Assembly: GCA_963663765.2 (NCBI GenBank)
Contig: CAXXUA010000006.1
Location: forward strand, 224,001 to 288,000
Direction of reading: 5' to 3'
Length of the DNA stretch: 64,000 nucleotides
DNA from: Candidatus Poribacteria bacterium
GTDB taxonomy: Bacteria; Poribacteria; WGA-4E; WGA-3G
Every line of letters begins with the position of its first letter. Position 1 is the stretch's first letter. Of the stretch, positions 1-10,518 are shown piece by piece. Below the pieces are notes generated by a model. The model did no database searches and had not been told where the DNA came from. It was given only the letters and a program-made list of their open reading frames with translations. The position numbers and the translations under genes were made by a program.

Positions 1-14
1 TGCCTACAAAGCGC

Positions 15-50
15 CAAATCAACGGTATGAATGCCATTTAGGCATTCCCC
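15..50 (-). repeat. 36-bp hairpin+GTTGATTTG micro-element inserted in a GTAGGC-GCGCTTTGTAGG REP-like palindrome
   Basis: Minus strand reads GGTAGGC[GGGGAATGCCTAAATGGCATTCATACCGTTGATTTG]GCGCTTTGTAGG. Related units at 21699, 21833, 32359, 41283, 43755, 44921. A CAGGACTTACGCACCC element end lies at 61-76 (minus). Confidence 0.85.
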
Positions 51-248
51 GCCTACCGTTGGGTGCGTAAGTCCTGCAAATTAAGACACAACGAACAACA
101 CGCAAACCCTCTTTACTCCAGCGGAGCAATATGTTTATAACCACATTGTCAACCGACATTTCCGCTCCAGCGGAGCGGTATGTGATTTCCAACACATAGC
201 ACTCCGCTGGAGTGCAAGATTGTGGGTATACCGTTTTCTATAAACATA

Positions 249-873
249 CTATAGTTTGGACAATTTTTTCCAAACATGAGTTGATAAAAAATTGATTCAC
301 CGCTTATGTTACAAAATAAAAAAACAACGAAAAAAACAGAATCCCTCTTTGCTCCAGCGGAGCAATATGTTTATAGCCACATTGTCAACCGAAATCTCCG
401 CTGGACAGGGTTATTCAGTTTTAGGTATTTTTGATAAGTATTTACTATAACGTTAATTTTATTTATTGCCATCTTGTCCATGTCTTTAGTCCCGTAGGGA
501 CGATATGTTTATAGAAAAATGTTATCTACCCCTATGGAGTTCCGTAGGAACGGCATAGAATAATAAACATATCGTCCCTACGGGGCTAAAGACCGATGTT
601 CATGTTTCAAGAATCTAAACTTGATGTGTAAGGTGCAGTTAGGAAACCTCATTTGGGTATTAACTTTCAGTAAATCTCAATAACAGAAAACTTTTAAAAC
701 TGAATAACCCTCTCCGCTGGAGTACAAAATTGTGTGTATACCGTTTTCTATAAACATAGCACTCCGCTGGAGTGCGTAATTTTCTTCAGTTTCATAATAT
801 ACGAAACTCGTAGAAAAATAGGAGTTATATTGAATACTCAACTTCTACAAAATGAGAATTGTCCAAACTATAG
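249..873. mobile_element. MITE with CTATAGTTTGGACAATT terminal inverted repeats, TA-flanked
   Basis: Perfect 17-bp TIRs at 249-265 and 857-873, TA at 247-248 and 874-875; interior has CTCCAGCGGAG/CTCCGCTGGAG palindromes and a nested MITE. Confidence 0.8.
406..712. mobile_element. Nested MITE with CAGGGTTATTCAGTTTT ends (ISAs1-like CAGGG terminus) and 9-bp target duplication
   Basis: TIRs at 406-422 and 696-712; TCCGCTGGA duplicated at 397-405 and 713-721; interior has GTCCCGTAGGGAC palindromes; second inverted copy at about 32230-32534. Confidence 0.85.
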
Positions 874-877
874 TAAG

Positions 878-960
878 TAGTAGCACAATCTGTTAGATAG
901 TGCTACAAAAACTTCCAAGCAAGGCACAACTGACAGTTTGTGCTACAAAAACTTCCAAGA
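878..960. repeat. REP-like doublet of the GTAGCACAAACTGTTAGTTTGTGC family
   Basis: GTAGCACAATCTGTTAGATAGTGCTAC and GCACAACTGACAGTTTGTGCTAC; related copies near 19392-19448 and 54746-54768. Confidence 0.7.
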
Positions 961-985
961 AGTGTATTATACTCTATTAGAAATG

Positions 986-3529
986 TTAGGATAGCAAAGA
1001 AACTGTTCCTTGATTTCCATCTACCTGAATTACTTGTCCGTCACTTATATTTTGTGTTGCATTTGATATATTTACAACAGCGGGGAGTCCGTATTCTCTT
1101 GCAACAACAGCCCCATGTGACAACATCCCACCCCGTTCCATCACCAAGCCGGCAGCATTGAGAAACAACGGTGTCCATGCTGGGTCTGTTGAAGGACAAA
1201 CGAGAATATAACCTTTTTCAAATGCGTGCAGGTCGGATGGGTTTGATAGGACTTTGGCGGGTCCCTTTGCAATCCCTGCTGAAACACCTACACCTGTATA
1301 AGTGTCCGCTGATTCTGTTGATAGTGATGTTCCTATACAATCCACCGCATCACTAAAGACGACATCAGGCACTTCAATCTGCAGTAAGAGTTCATGTCTA
1401 TTTTTGCGTTCTGCTATTTTCTCACTGAAGTCGTGACCTTGTATAAGTAGATACAATTCATCAGGTAGAAGATAGAATATTCCTCCATTGAGTTTATATC
1501 TGTTATCCAACACAACCAAAGCACGCCGAATCTGTTCATATCCGAGCATCAGATAGAATTTCGCTGTTTCTCGAAACGGCATATATCGTCTTGTAAAAAC
1601 TAGTTCGCTTACTATCTGATTGTGCAACCCCTTTTTCTTAACTAAAATTCCAGTGAGTTCTTTCTCCGCAGCTTCCCGCAGTTTTTCTTGTCGCGCAAAG
1701 TGTTGATTTTCAATCTGTTTTTGTTGTCCGTTTTCAGCATCTTCTTTAGAAAGGGATGCGATGATCTGTTCAAGAAAAGTAGTGTCTTCACGCCACCTGG
1801 GTTTTGCCAATTCGAACTCTCCAACCGCACGGTGTCCGTATACCTTTAGGAAATCTATAAGCGTCAACTCACCAGTTCCAACTTGCTGTAGTTTTGCATT
1901 TGTTTCAACCGTAAGATTACCAGCAATCCCACTGATGAGACGACTTGCGAGGTTTTTTGCTGTTGTTTCATCAACACATTTCTGTAGTGCAGCTTCCAAA
2001 CGTTGTAACGAAAAAGCAGCAAGTACGGTAGCAGTCAGTGCTTTCGGTGCAAAGTCATCCAACGTCTTGTTACACCATTCCTTAAACTTCTTGACTAATT
2101 CCGTGTCCGATAGTTCTGAATACGACAAGTTTTGTTCATTAACAACATTTTCCTTGAATATTGGAAAGATTTCTGCTGTTAACTCTGTGTCAAATTTAGA
2201 TCGTAATTTTCTCAGTCGTAATTCTGCTTTCGTCATACGTACAATGTAGAGAGGCAGTTTGAACCAAAATGCTGCAGTGCATTTTTTGATATTAAATGTT
2301 GCTTGCGCATACATAGCTTTTGTGGGATTCTGCTTCACCGCATCAAAATCGTGTGCGAACGGGAATCCATCAAAGAAAAGTTCAGTCTCACGATTCAAAT
2401 TAACGAAGATTCTTCCGCAGATTAGGTCAAGAATCCCCATTTTATGAACGCGATTGCTTGGATAAAAACCTAAACCACGATATGCTGTACCTAACCCGCC
2501 ATCTGCAGACATAAAATGCTTCATGATCTCCCATGTCAATGGTAATGGTGCAGGTAATACTTCTGCGAGATTGTGATGACTCCAGATCGTTGGGTTAGCT
2601 TCTGTTAACGTTTTGAGTTTTTGAATTTCCTCCTGTCGTAACATCTCAATTTTGCTATCAGAGTTTTTAATTGGTGCATGTGTTTGTGTCGTTATTGGTC
2701 GTGCTTGCAATAAGTGTAACACGTTATTTGCTATTGCCCACTCAATATCCATCGGTTGACCGTAGCGTGTTTCAACATCAAGTCCGATTTGTATGAGTTG
2801 TTTTAACTGAGCATGGGTTAAGCTTGGTATGTTCTGTTGGTCTGTGGTCACCTCATTCACACCAGTTGCGGTGATCATCTCTTGTTTCGTTGCAATAGCA
2901 CTTTCTAATACATCACCAGTGTCACGTGAGATTTGGAAACTGTCCGGTGTTATTTCACCAGACACCACCGATTCACCTAATCCCCAATTGGACTCAACGA
3001 TACTAACGTTTTTGTTGAAAGGACTGACGGTGAATAACACACCAGAAACATCTGCGTTGCACATTTCTTGCACAACAACTGCCATTGCTAATCCGTCACT
3101 TTGGATGTTTTTTGAACGTCTATATGCAATTGCACGGTCTGACCAGAGAGATGTCCAACACTTCTTTATAGCGTGGAAGAGTTCATCGGTTTTAACATGC
3201 AAAAAGGTGTCTTGTTGTCCAGCAAAACTTGCTGTATCCAAATCTTCTGCAGTTGCGCTGGACCGAACAGCCACTGTGTTTGTCTGCAATTTTTCACGCG
3301 CTTTCAGAATTTCCTCAATTAACACATTTGATAATTCTATGTCTATGATGCTGCTCAAGTTCTGTTCAGATATACTCTCAACAGACTTTCGGTAAGCATC
3401 TGTAGTCACACAGAATCCGTTTGGTACTTGAAATCCTGCTTGTGTTAATTTTCCGAGATTCAACCCTTTTCCACCTACAAGTGGTAGATCGTCCTCATCT
3501 ATTTCTGGAAAATGTTTTATTAATTGCAT
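986..3529 (-). CDS. PEP-synthase-like phosphotransferase with rifampin phosphotransferase (RPH) domain order
   Basis: N-terminal ATP-grasp (VGGKG, AVRSSATAED, SFAGQ, DIEWA, LQARPIT), central helical domain, C-terminal His-swivel (SHGAVVAREYGLPAV); start placed at MQLIKHF. Confidence 0.85.
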   Translation of the reverse strand: MQLIKHFPEIDEDDLPLVGGKGLNLGKLTQAGFQVPNGFCVTTDAYRKSVESISEQNLSSIIDIELSNVLIEEILKAREKLQTNTVAVRSSATAEDLDTASFAGQQDTFLHVKTDELFHAIKKCWTSLWSDRAIAYRRSKNIQSDGLAMAVVVQEMCNADVSGVLFTVSPFNKNVSIVESNWGLGESVVSGEITPDSFQISRDTGDVLESAIATKQEMITATGVNEVTTDQQNIPSLTHAQLKQLIQIGLDVETRYGQPMDIEWAIANNVLHLLQARPITTQTHAPIKNSDSKIEMLRQEEIQKLKTLTEANPTIWSHHNLAEVLPAPLPLTWEIMKHFMSADGGLGTAYRGLGFYPSNRVHKMGILDLICGRIFVNLNRETELFFDGFPFAHDFDAVKQNPTKAMYAQATFNIKKCTAAFWFKLPLYIVRMTKAELRLRKLRSKFDTELTAEIFPIFKENVVNEQNLSYSELSDTELVKKFKEWCNKTLDDFAPKALTATVLAAFSLQRLEAALQKCVDETTAKNLASRLISGIAGNLTVETNAKLQQVGTGELTLIDFLKVYGHRAVGEFELAKPRWREDTTFLEQIIASLSKEDAENGQQKQIENQHFARQEKLREAAEKELTGILVKKKGLHNQIVSELVFTRRYMPFRETAKFYLMLGYEQIRRALVVLDNRYKLNGGIFYLLPDELYLLIQGHDFSEKIAERKNRHELLLQIEVPDVVFSDAVDCIGTSLSTESADTYTGVGVSAGIAKGPAKVLSNPSDLHAFEKGYILVCPSTDPAWTPLFLNAAGLVMERGGMLSHGAVVAREYGLPAVVNISNATQNISDGQVIQVDGNQGTVSLLS

Positions 3530-3640
3530 ATTACAGATTTGACGGCTAATGATGGTAGAAGTTGAATTAGTATAGCAGCGCCGACCTATAGAATGCAAAT
3601 CTGATTTTTTTGTCTGAACCAGGGCTTCCAGAATTTACAG

Positions 3641-3861
3641 CAGGACTTACGCAAAATAAGGCTATCAAGTCCAAAGAAAAAACCGAGTATTTTGGGATAC
3701 CTCCAGATCAAAAGATAATCCTAAGAATTGTTTCTTTTAGAGGCTACCCTCAAAAATCGTATACTACATCAAAAAATTACGGTACAACTCTACAACGCCA
3801 CTCTTTTAGTTTTTACCTCAAAGCCAAATTCATTATCACGCCTGTATAGGTAAGGATTTAG
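3641..3861. mobile_element. Truncated non-autonomous element with CAGGACTTACGCA end
   Basis: Same terminus as the complete element at 46960-47081; its distal 88 bp (3774-3861) recur at 5388-5475. Confidence 0.55.
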
Positions 3862-3898
3862 AAGGATTCTAAAAACTGGGAGGGTACTAAAGTTAATA

Positions 3899-4775
3899 GA
3901 GCGTATCTCATAAATATTAAATGGTTTGATTTTTTCTTTTAATTTCTCATCATCTCTGCTAAACTATATCTATTTCTACTATAAGTAAGGAGATGATTTG
4001 AATGGAACTTAGTGATAAGGAATGGGAAATTATTGAACCCCTAATGCCAGAACCACCATCGGATAAACCGGGGAGACCTTGGCGTGGTAATAGAGAAGTG
4101 TTAGATGGGATACTGTGGGTGTTGCGAACAGGAGTTCCCTGGCGGGATTTACCAGAAAAGTATCCACCCTATCAAACCTGTCATCGTCGTTTTCAGCAAC
4201 GGTCATCGGATGGAACGCTTGAAAAAGTTCAAATGGCACTCACAGAAATGCTTGAAAAACGAAAAAAAATAAATATGAGTGAGTGTTGTATTGATGCGAA
4301 ATTCGTTCCTGCCAAGAAAGGAGGCACTTGTGTTGGTCCAACGAAGTGCGGCAAAGGGACAAAACTGCTAGCGATTACAGAAAAGTCTGGTAGACCTGTG
4401 AGTGTTCTGATTACAACGGCTTCTTGTCATGAAGTGCGCTTGGTTGAACCGGCATTGGATGCGTGTTGGACATCCGAAAACCCCGCAGTGTTGATTGGGG
4501 ACAAAGCTTATGACTCCGATCCTTTAGATGCTTCTTTGAGGGAACGTGGTATTGAAATGGTAGCACCTCATAAAAAGAATCGTCCAAAACAGGCTACACA
4601 GGATGGTCGGCGTTTACGACGGTATAAGCGTCGTTTCAAAGTAGAAAGATTTTTCAGTTGGTTAGAGGATTATCGGCGTTTAGTTGTTCGTTGGGAATAC
4701 TACGCTGAAAATTATTTAGGTTTTGTACTTCTTGCTTGCATACCTATGTCGCTAAAATATTTATGAGATACTCTG
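3899..4775 (+). mobile_element. IS5-family insertion sequence
   Basis: TIRs GAGCGTATCTCATAAATAT (3899-3917) and ATATTTATGAGATACTCTG (4757-4775), TA on both flanks; single transposase ORF whose stop lies in the right TIR. Confidence 0.9.
4002..4766 (+). CDS. IS5-family DDE transposase
   Basis: LSDKEWEIIEPL, GILWVLRTGVPWRDLP, IDAK, GDKAYD, YKRRFKVERFFSWL motifs; AAGGAG RBS. Confidence 0.92.
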   Translation: MELSDKEWEIIEPLMPEPPSDKPGRPWRGNREVLDGILWVLRTGVPWRDLPEKYPPYQTCHRRFQQRSSDGTLEKVQMALTEMLEKRKKINMSECCIDAKFVPAKKGGTCVGPTKCGKGTKLLAITEKSGRPVSVLITTASCHEVRLVEPALDACWTSENPAVLIGDKAYDSDPLDASLRERGIEMVAPHKKNRPKQATQDGRRLRRYKRRFKVERFFSWLEDYRRLVVRWEYYAENYLGFVLLACIPMSLKYL

Positions 4776-4868
4776 TACAAAGTTCGTGAACCCGTTTACG
4801 GTTATTGACATCCGTTCTACTTTCCAACTTCACACTACGTTTTCGTACCACTCCTTTTTCCACACGCA

Positions 4869-5114
4869 CTACACGCTTACACAACAAATAATACTTACGA
4901 GACGCACGAGTCCGCCTGCCGAACTCACGAAGCAAACACTCATAAGGTGTATATCAACGGAATTCGGAACACGCCGACGAGATTGCTTACGAGACTCCCA
5001 ATGCCAACGATAATACGAACCAACACTCACTCCCGCTTCTTCACATGCCAAACTCACAGAAGTGCGCCTAAGCAACACAACCAGATCAGCAACAACCTCT
5101 TGTGACAACCGCAT
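4869..5114 (-). CDS. Small putative helix-turn-helix protein
   Basis: Strong RBS (AAAAGGAGGGTTAG-ATG); SVSLACEEAGVSVGSYYRW resembles transposase/terminase-type HTH; C-terminus uncertain. Confidence 0.5.
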   Translation of the reverse strand: MRLSQEVVADLVVLLRRTSVSLACEEAGVSVGSYYRWHWESRKQSRRRVPNSVDIHLMSVCFVSSAGGLVRLVSIICCVSV

Positions 5115-5292
5115 CTAACCCTCCTTTTTCGCGAAGGTTTTTAATATAATGTTTTTCAAAAACACGGAATTATAATGCAATTAATGCAACATACTCTTAA
5201 GGATGCCATATTTTCAACCCAAAACACTACATAACATCCTTTCAAGGTCTGTTCTGGCAGTTGGGGATCCTATCCACTCTTTGAGTAATTTA

Positions 5293-5384
5293 CAACCTAT
5301 CTCATAAATCGGGGTTTCTAACCTCAATTTACTGGACACTCGATCAGCTGAATTTGAACAAATATGCATTTATGAGATACGCTG
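5293..5384. mobile_element. MITE with the TIRs of the neighbouring IS5 element
   Basis: CAACCTATCTCATAAAT ... ATTTATGAGATACGCTG, TA-flanked; contains half-REP GGGGTTTCTAACCTC. Confidence 0.8.
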
Positions 5385-5475
5385 TAGAAATTACGATACA
5401 ACGCTACAACGCCACTATTTTAGTTTTTACCTCAAAGCTAAATTCGTTATCACGCCTGTATAGGTAAGGATTTAG

Positions 5476-6371
5476 TCGGAGTTGCTAACTTATACAACGC
5501 TTTACCGAAATGAGCCGCATTCTCACGCTCCGCAACATAACGTATGCTTGGTGTTCTCGCACTCGGTGTCGCATCAGAACTATTTGGAGGTTGTGGATAA
5601 TCTCTATAAATACAACCAACTTTGGTTTCTTTCCACCCCTCTTGTGAGTTGGTGTCGCATCCATCACAACTCACATACCAACACTGATTGTCTTCAAGGG
5701 TTTGGCATTCTACTTGTTCACACACATTCAAATCTTCTGAACATTCAAGCACTTTTTCACGCACTGTCGTATGGCACACTTCTATCCCTTGAAAAGACAA
5801 CTCTTGTACCGCGGCTCTATAGTCAAAATGCACAGCAACATTACACATCCGTTCTACAACACGACGCGTCCATTTACCTTTCAACTTTTGCCGCACATCC
5901 CAAGGTCTATGATAATGTCCCGAACTACATTTATACACCCAACGGTTCACATGGATCTTGCCACAAAGTGTCGTGATATTCACACCGTGCTTCTGTATCG
6001 GACGACACACTTGTTCACATTCTGGGCATTCAACAGGTTCTTCTGATTGCTGAGAAGCATCTGCTGATACAAAACTTCTACTAACTTGTGAGCACTTAGC
6101 ACTTCTAAGGATAAGGTCTCGCACACAAGCCTCAGCTTCTTCTAATGGGACGCAAGGGGATGACGAAAGTTTTCCAGTAACCTCAGCGATCTCTTTTAAA
6201 ATCTCCTTGATTTCGAGACACTCTGATGGTATACATATAATAATATTGAGCATTGGTATCCTCTCCTATAAATATGATTATATTCTGATTATTAGGAAAG
6301 GGTGCCATTTTTTATTTAATTTCGCAACATCTTTTTACACATCAGTATTTCTACAAAAACTTTACACACCC
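5476..6371 (-). pseudogene. 3'-truncated ISKra4/ISLre2-type transposase with one TIR
   Basis: ORF from 6253 with CPEC...TTLCG...WYVSCDG...WKETKVG; TIR AAAACTTTACACACCC at 6356-6371; homology to the copy at 54940 stops near 5480. Confidence 0.8.
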
Positions 6372-6488
6372 TATCATTTATTCGCTTAACTTTTGCTTTT
6401 TATCGTCAAATGTGTTATTATTTTAGACGTTGATTGAACGGTGTAATTTATAAAGGTTTCTGAAGGTTAGTTTTGTCAAAATGGGTGA

Positions 6489-7217
6489 ATGATGCGTAAC
6501 TATTATATTGAGTCCTTTGAAGTAACTCAGCTGTGGGGGTATCAAAACATTAATCTGCCTTTTAACAGTGATGTAAATATATTGATAGGTCCAAACAGAT
6601 CTGGTAAAACCACTGTTCTGCACTTTTTATATTCTATATTATTGGTCAATTTACAAAATATCTTAGACATTAAATTAATTTCCTTAGTGCCAATCGTTTG
6701 GCTTCCTGTAAGTCGTCGTTTGCCTGAAAAAGAGGATGAGGAAGAACGATAATATATAAGAAGTGAAGGTTTAGAATCTGTAGACTTACGGCTCAAGGAA
6801 TTGTTAGCCGGTCTCTCTCGTTATCACTCTGTCTTAAACGGTCAGCTCTCTGAGCGTTATAGGGAGTTTGAACGCCAAGTCTTATCGGTGATACTTTACA
6901 GTAAACAACATGACCAAGTAAATTCAATACTAAAAGCGATACCTTCTTCGTTGCCAACAGAATCTGAGAAAGATTAATTACGGAGAGCTTTTGATGATGC
7001 AGTACTTCTTGACGAACAAATGCAAAGTAGGATTAATGATCATTTTGCTGCAGCAGAACAAGCAGTCAAACGAATAAGTGAAAGCAAAGACCCTGACTTG
7101 GAATTAGAAGATTTTCTTGTTTTTCCACTTATAAGTCGAACCAAAGACATGGTTGAATATGCAAGGGAACTTGAAGAAGATAGAGAAAGTATTTTCGCTT
7201 CGTTAGTTAGTTCTTAA
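6489..7217 (+). pseudogene. Fragmented AAA/ABC-type ATPase
   Basis: Walker A LIGPNRSGKTT then WLPVSRR; the frame continues across stops at 6750-6752 and 6976-6978 and ends without signature or Walker B. Confidence 0.65.
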
Positions 7218-7236
7218 TAAAACAATTTGTTATATA

Positions 7237-8010
7237 ATGGACAATACATCCGAAACCTTAACCTGTAGAAACTGCAGCGAAGATATACAATTAAAAGCCT
7301 TTATTGATAACCTCAAGGTATGCCCCGCTTGTGATGCTCATTTTCCAATGAGTGCTCAAGAACGGCTAAATCTACTTGTGGATGCAGACACTTTTAATGA
7401 AACTGATGTAAACCTGTACTCTATTGATGCGTTAGAATTTCCGGAATACACCGATAAACTTGAACGAGACATAACAAAGACCGGTCTCCGATCAGAAATG
7501 CTATCTGGCACTGCACAAATTGGGAGTTATCCAGTCGCAATCGCAATTGGAGATGTCGGATTTATAGGTGGCACTTGTGGTGCTGTCATCGGAGAAAAAG
7601 TAACACGCTGCATTGAACATGCTGCAGACAACGACTTACCACTTATAATTGTATCTGTGAGTGGTGGCATGCGGATGCAAGAAGGTACAATGGCATTAAT
7701 GCAAATGGCAAAAACTGCTGCCGCATGTGTTAAGTACGCACAAAAAGGCGGAATCTATATATCTGTCGTTACGGATCCAACATTTGGTGGTGCCACCGCA
7801 AGTTATACCTCTCTCGGTGATGTGATTATTGCTGAACCGGGGGCACGCGTGGGTTTTGCCGGTCCGCTTGCTGTCGCTAGCCTACAAGAAGAATTACCTG
7901 AGAACTTTCAAAAGGCAGAATCATTAGTAGCACACGGATTTATAGACCATATAATACACAGAAATGCAATGCAACAATTACTAACCGACCTGCTCTCTTT
8001 TATCTATTAA
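7237..8010 (+). CDS. accD: Acetyl-CoA carboxylase carboxyltransferase beta subunit
   Basis: CxxC...CxxC zinc ribbon, GEKVTR, SGGMRMQEG, DPTFGGATAS, AEPGARVGFAG. Confidence 0.93.
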   Translation: MDNTSETLTCRNCSEDIQLKAFIDNLKVCPACDAHFPMSAQERLNLLVDADTFNETDVNLYSIDALEFPEYTDKLERDITKTGLRSEMLSGTAQIGSYPVAIAIGDVGFIGGTCGAVIGEKVTRCIEHAADNDLPLIIVSVSGGMRMQEGTMALMQMAKTAAACVKYAQKGGIYISVVTDPTFGGATASYTSLGDVIIAEPGARVGFAGPLAVASLQEELPENFQKAESLVAHGFIDHIIHRNAMQQLLTDLLSFIY

Positions 8011-8241
8011 AGTATCTAATGCTTCTCTCGTAACATCCAAAATAAAATAACCACATTGGCTAAACTTACGAAACTCCCCTTTTTCTGTCACTATATTGTA
8101 AATTACACGTTTAAGATAAATATACATACATTCGCTTAATCTCTATGAACTAATAGAGACTACATTCATCTCGATAGTTATTATATCTTAAGAACACATA
8201 CTATAATAAATGTTAATATCAGAAGGACATACGAATTCAAA

Positions 8242-10518
8242 ATGCCAAAATCATTAGTTGTCGTTGAATCACCTGCTAAAGCCAAAACAATAGAAAAAAT
8301 ACTTGGGAAAGACTATATCGTTGACTCCTCTGTTGGACATATCCGCGATCTACCAAGAAAAGAACTCGGAGTTGATCTTGACAATCATTTTAAACCAAAA
8401 TATGTCATGATTCGAGGGAAAGGTCCTGTCGTCAAAGCTATTCAAGATAAAGCAAAAAAGGTAGATTGTATTTACCTCGCAGCAGACCCAGATAGAGAAG
8501 GTGAAGCAATCTGTTGGCACCTCGCAACCGAACTCAAAAAAGCGAATAAACCTATCTATCGCATTATATATAATGAAGTTACACAAAGTGCAATTTTAGA
8601 AGCTATTGAAAATCCTGGAACGATAAATCAAGCTCTTGTGGACGCACAGCAAGCTCGACGGGTATTAGATAGACTCGTTGGCTACAAAATAAGTCCTATT
8701 TTATGGCGAAGTGTAAAACCCGGTTTGAGTGCAGGTAGAGTTCAATCCGTTGCTGTTCGACTAATATGTGAACGAGAAGCGGAAATAGAAGCATTTAACC
8801 CAGAAGAATATTGGACACTCACAGCTACTCTTACTCCTAAACAAAATGAACACCTTTTTCCAGCGAAACTACATAAGATAAGTACAAAGAAAGGTGAAAT
8901 AAATAATTACGGTTTCAAAATAGATGAAGAACGCGCAAAAGAGTTAGCATCCGATGCAAAAGACCAAACATATATAGTAGAAAAGGTCCAAAAACGTGAA
9001 AGAAAACAGAATACAGCTGCACCTTTTAAAACAAGCACTCTACAGCAGGAAGCTTCACGCAAACTGCGATTTACTGCAAAAAAGACGATGATGGTCGCAC
9101 AAAAACTATATGAAGGTCTGAATATCGGCAAAGAAGGACTAGTTGGACTCATCACCTACATGCGTACAGATTCAACAAGAGTGGCACAAGAAGCTCTTAC
9201 AGCCGTAAGAAAATATATCAAAGGATCTTATGGATCTGAATACCTACCTGCACGGGCAATAACACACAAGAGCAAAAACAACGCACAGGACGCACATGAA
9301 GCAATCCGACCGACAACACCACTACATACACCAGATTCTTTAAAACAACATTTGACTAAGGATCAATACCGTTTGTATGATCTTATCTGGAAACGATTTA
9401 TCGCAAGCCAAATGAAACCAGCAATCTTTGACGCGACGACGATTGACATTAAAGCCGGTCGATATCTATTCCGCGCTACTGGTTCTGTAATTAAGTTTGA
9501 TGGTTTTAGACGTGTGTATATGGAAGGTCAGGATGATGCTGCCTCAAATGGAAATGATGGAGATGGGGAAAATGTCAATTTACCTGAACTTAAGGATGGG
9601 GAAATACTTGATCTACGTAAGTTAGATCCAAAACAGCATTTCACACAACCCCCTCCACGTTTTAATGAAGCTACTCTTGTCAAAGCATTAGAAGCAAAGG
9701 AAATTGGTAGACCAAGTACCTATGCAACAATAATTTCTACAATTCAAGATCGTGGATATATAACAAAAGAACAGCGAAGACTACTACCTACTGACATTGG
9801 TAGACTCGTCAATGAATTATTAGTTCACGGTTTTCCTGAAATCGTAGATGTTGAATTTACGAAGGAGATGGAACAAAAACTTGACACTATTGCTGAAGGA
9901 AAAGTAGACTGGGTTGACACTCTGGGTGAATTCTACCCACCGTTTCAAGAAGCACTCAAAGAAGCACCTGATAAAATGTACGAAGCACGAAAAGCAATGG
10001 AAGTTGAGTCAGATGAAAAGTGTGAAAAATGTGGGGGTAACATGATTGTCAAATGGGGTAAATATGGAAGATTCCTTGGATGTTCCAATTATCCTGAATG
10101 TGAAAATATCAAGGCAATAAATGGAGACGATACCCCTGCTGCGGAACCTGAAGAAACAGATACACTATGTGAGAAGTGTGGCGAACAGATGGTCATAAAG
10201 CAGAGTCGATCCGGCGCACGGTTCTTGGCATGCAGCGGTTATCCAAAGTGTAAGAATGCAAAACCTATTCCGATGGGAGTTGACTGTCCAGAAACAGAAT
10301 GTGACGGTTATTTAGGTGAACGTCGCAGTAAACGTGGTAGAGTATTCTACGGGTGTAGCAACTACCCAAAATGTGGATTCGCAAGTTGGGATAAACCGAT
10401 TCCAGAACCATGTCCAAAATGTGATGCAACATATCTAGTCGAAAAGACACAAAAGTCTGGTGAAATTATAACAACTTGTGCTTCAAAAGAATGCGATTAT
10501 TCCAATACTCCTGCTTAG
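8242..10518 (+). CDS. topA: DNA topoisomerase I
   Basis: LVVVESPAKAKTI, DPDREGE, SAGRVQS, ITYMRTDS, QDAHEAIRPT, C-terminal zinc ribbons. Confidence 0.98.
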   Translation: MPKSLVVVESPAKAKTIEKILGKDYIVDSSVGHIRDLPRKELGVDLDNHFKPKYVMIRGKGPVVKAIQDKAKKVDCIYLAADPDREGEAICWHLATELKKANKPIYRIIYNEVTQSAILEAIENPGTINQALVDAQQARRVLDRLVGYKISPILWRSVKPGLSAGRVQSVAVRLICEREAEIEAFNPEEYWTLTATLTPKQNEHLFPAKLHKISTKKGEINNYGFKIDEERAKELASDAKDQTYIVEKVQKRERKQNTAAPFKTSTLQQEASRKLRFTAKKTMMVAQKLYEGLNIGKEGLVGLITYMRTDSTRVAQEALTAVRKYIKGSYGSEYLPARAITHKSKNNAQDAHEAIRPTTPLHTPDSLKQHLTKDQYRLYDLIWKRFIASQMKPAIFDATTIDIKAGRYLFRATGSVIKFDGFRRVYMEGQDDAASNGNDGDGENVNLPELKDGEILDLRKLDPKQHFTQPPPRFNEATLVKALEAKEIGRPSTYATIISTIQDRGYITKEQRRLLPTDIGRLVNELLVHGFPEIVDVEFTKEMEQKLDTIAEGKVDWVDTLGEFYPPFQEALKEAPDKMYEARKAMEVESDEKCEKCGGNMIVKWGKYGRFLGCSNYPECENIKAINGDDTPAAEPEETDTLCEKCGEQMVIKQSRSGARFLACSGYPKCKNAKPIPMGVDCPETECDGYLGERRSKRGRVFYGCSNYPKCGFASWDKPIPEPCPKCDATYLVEKTQKSGEIITTCASKECDYSNTPA

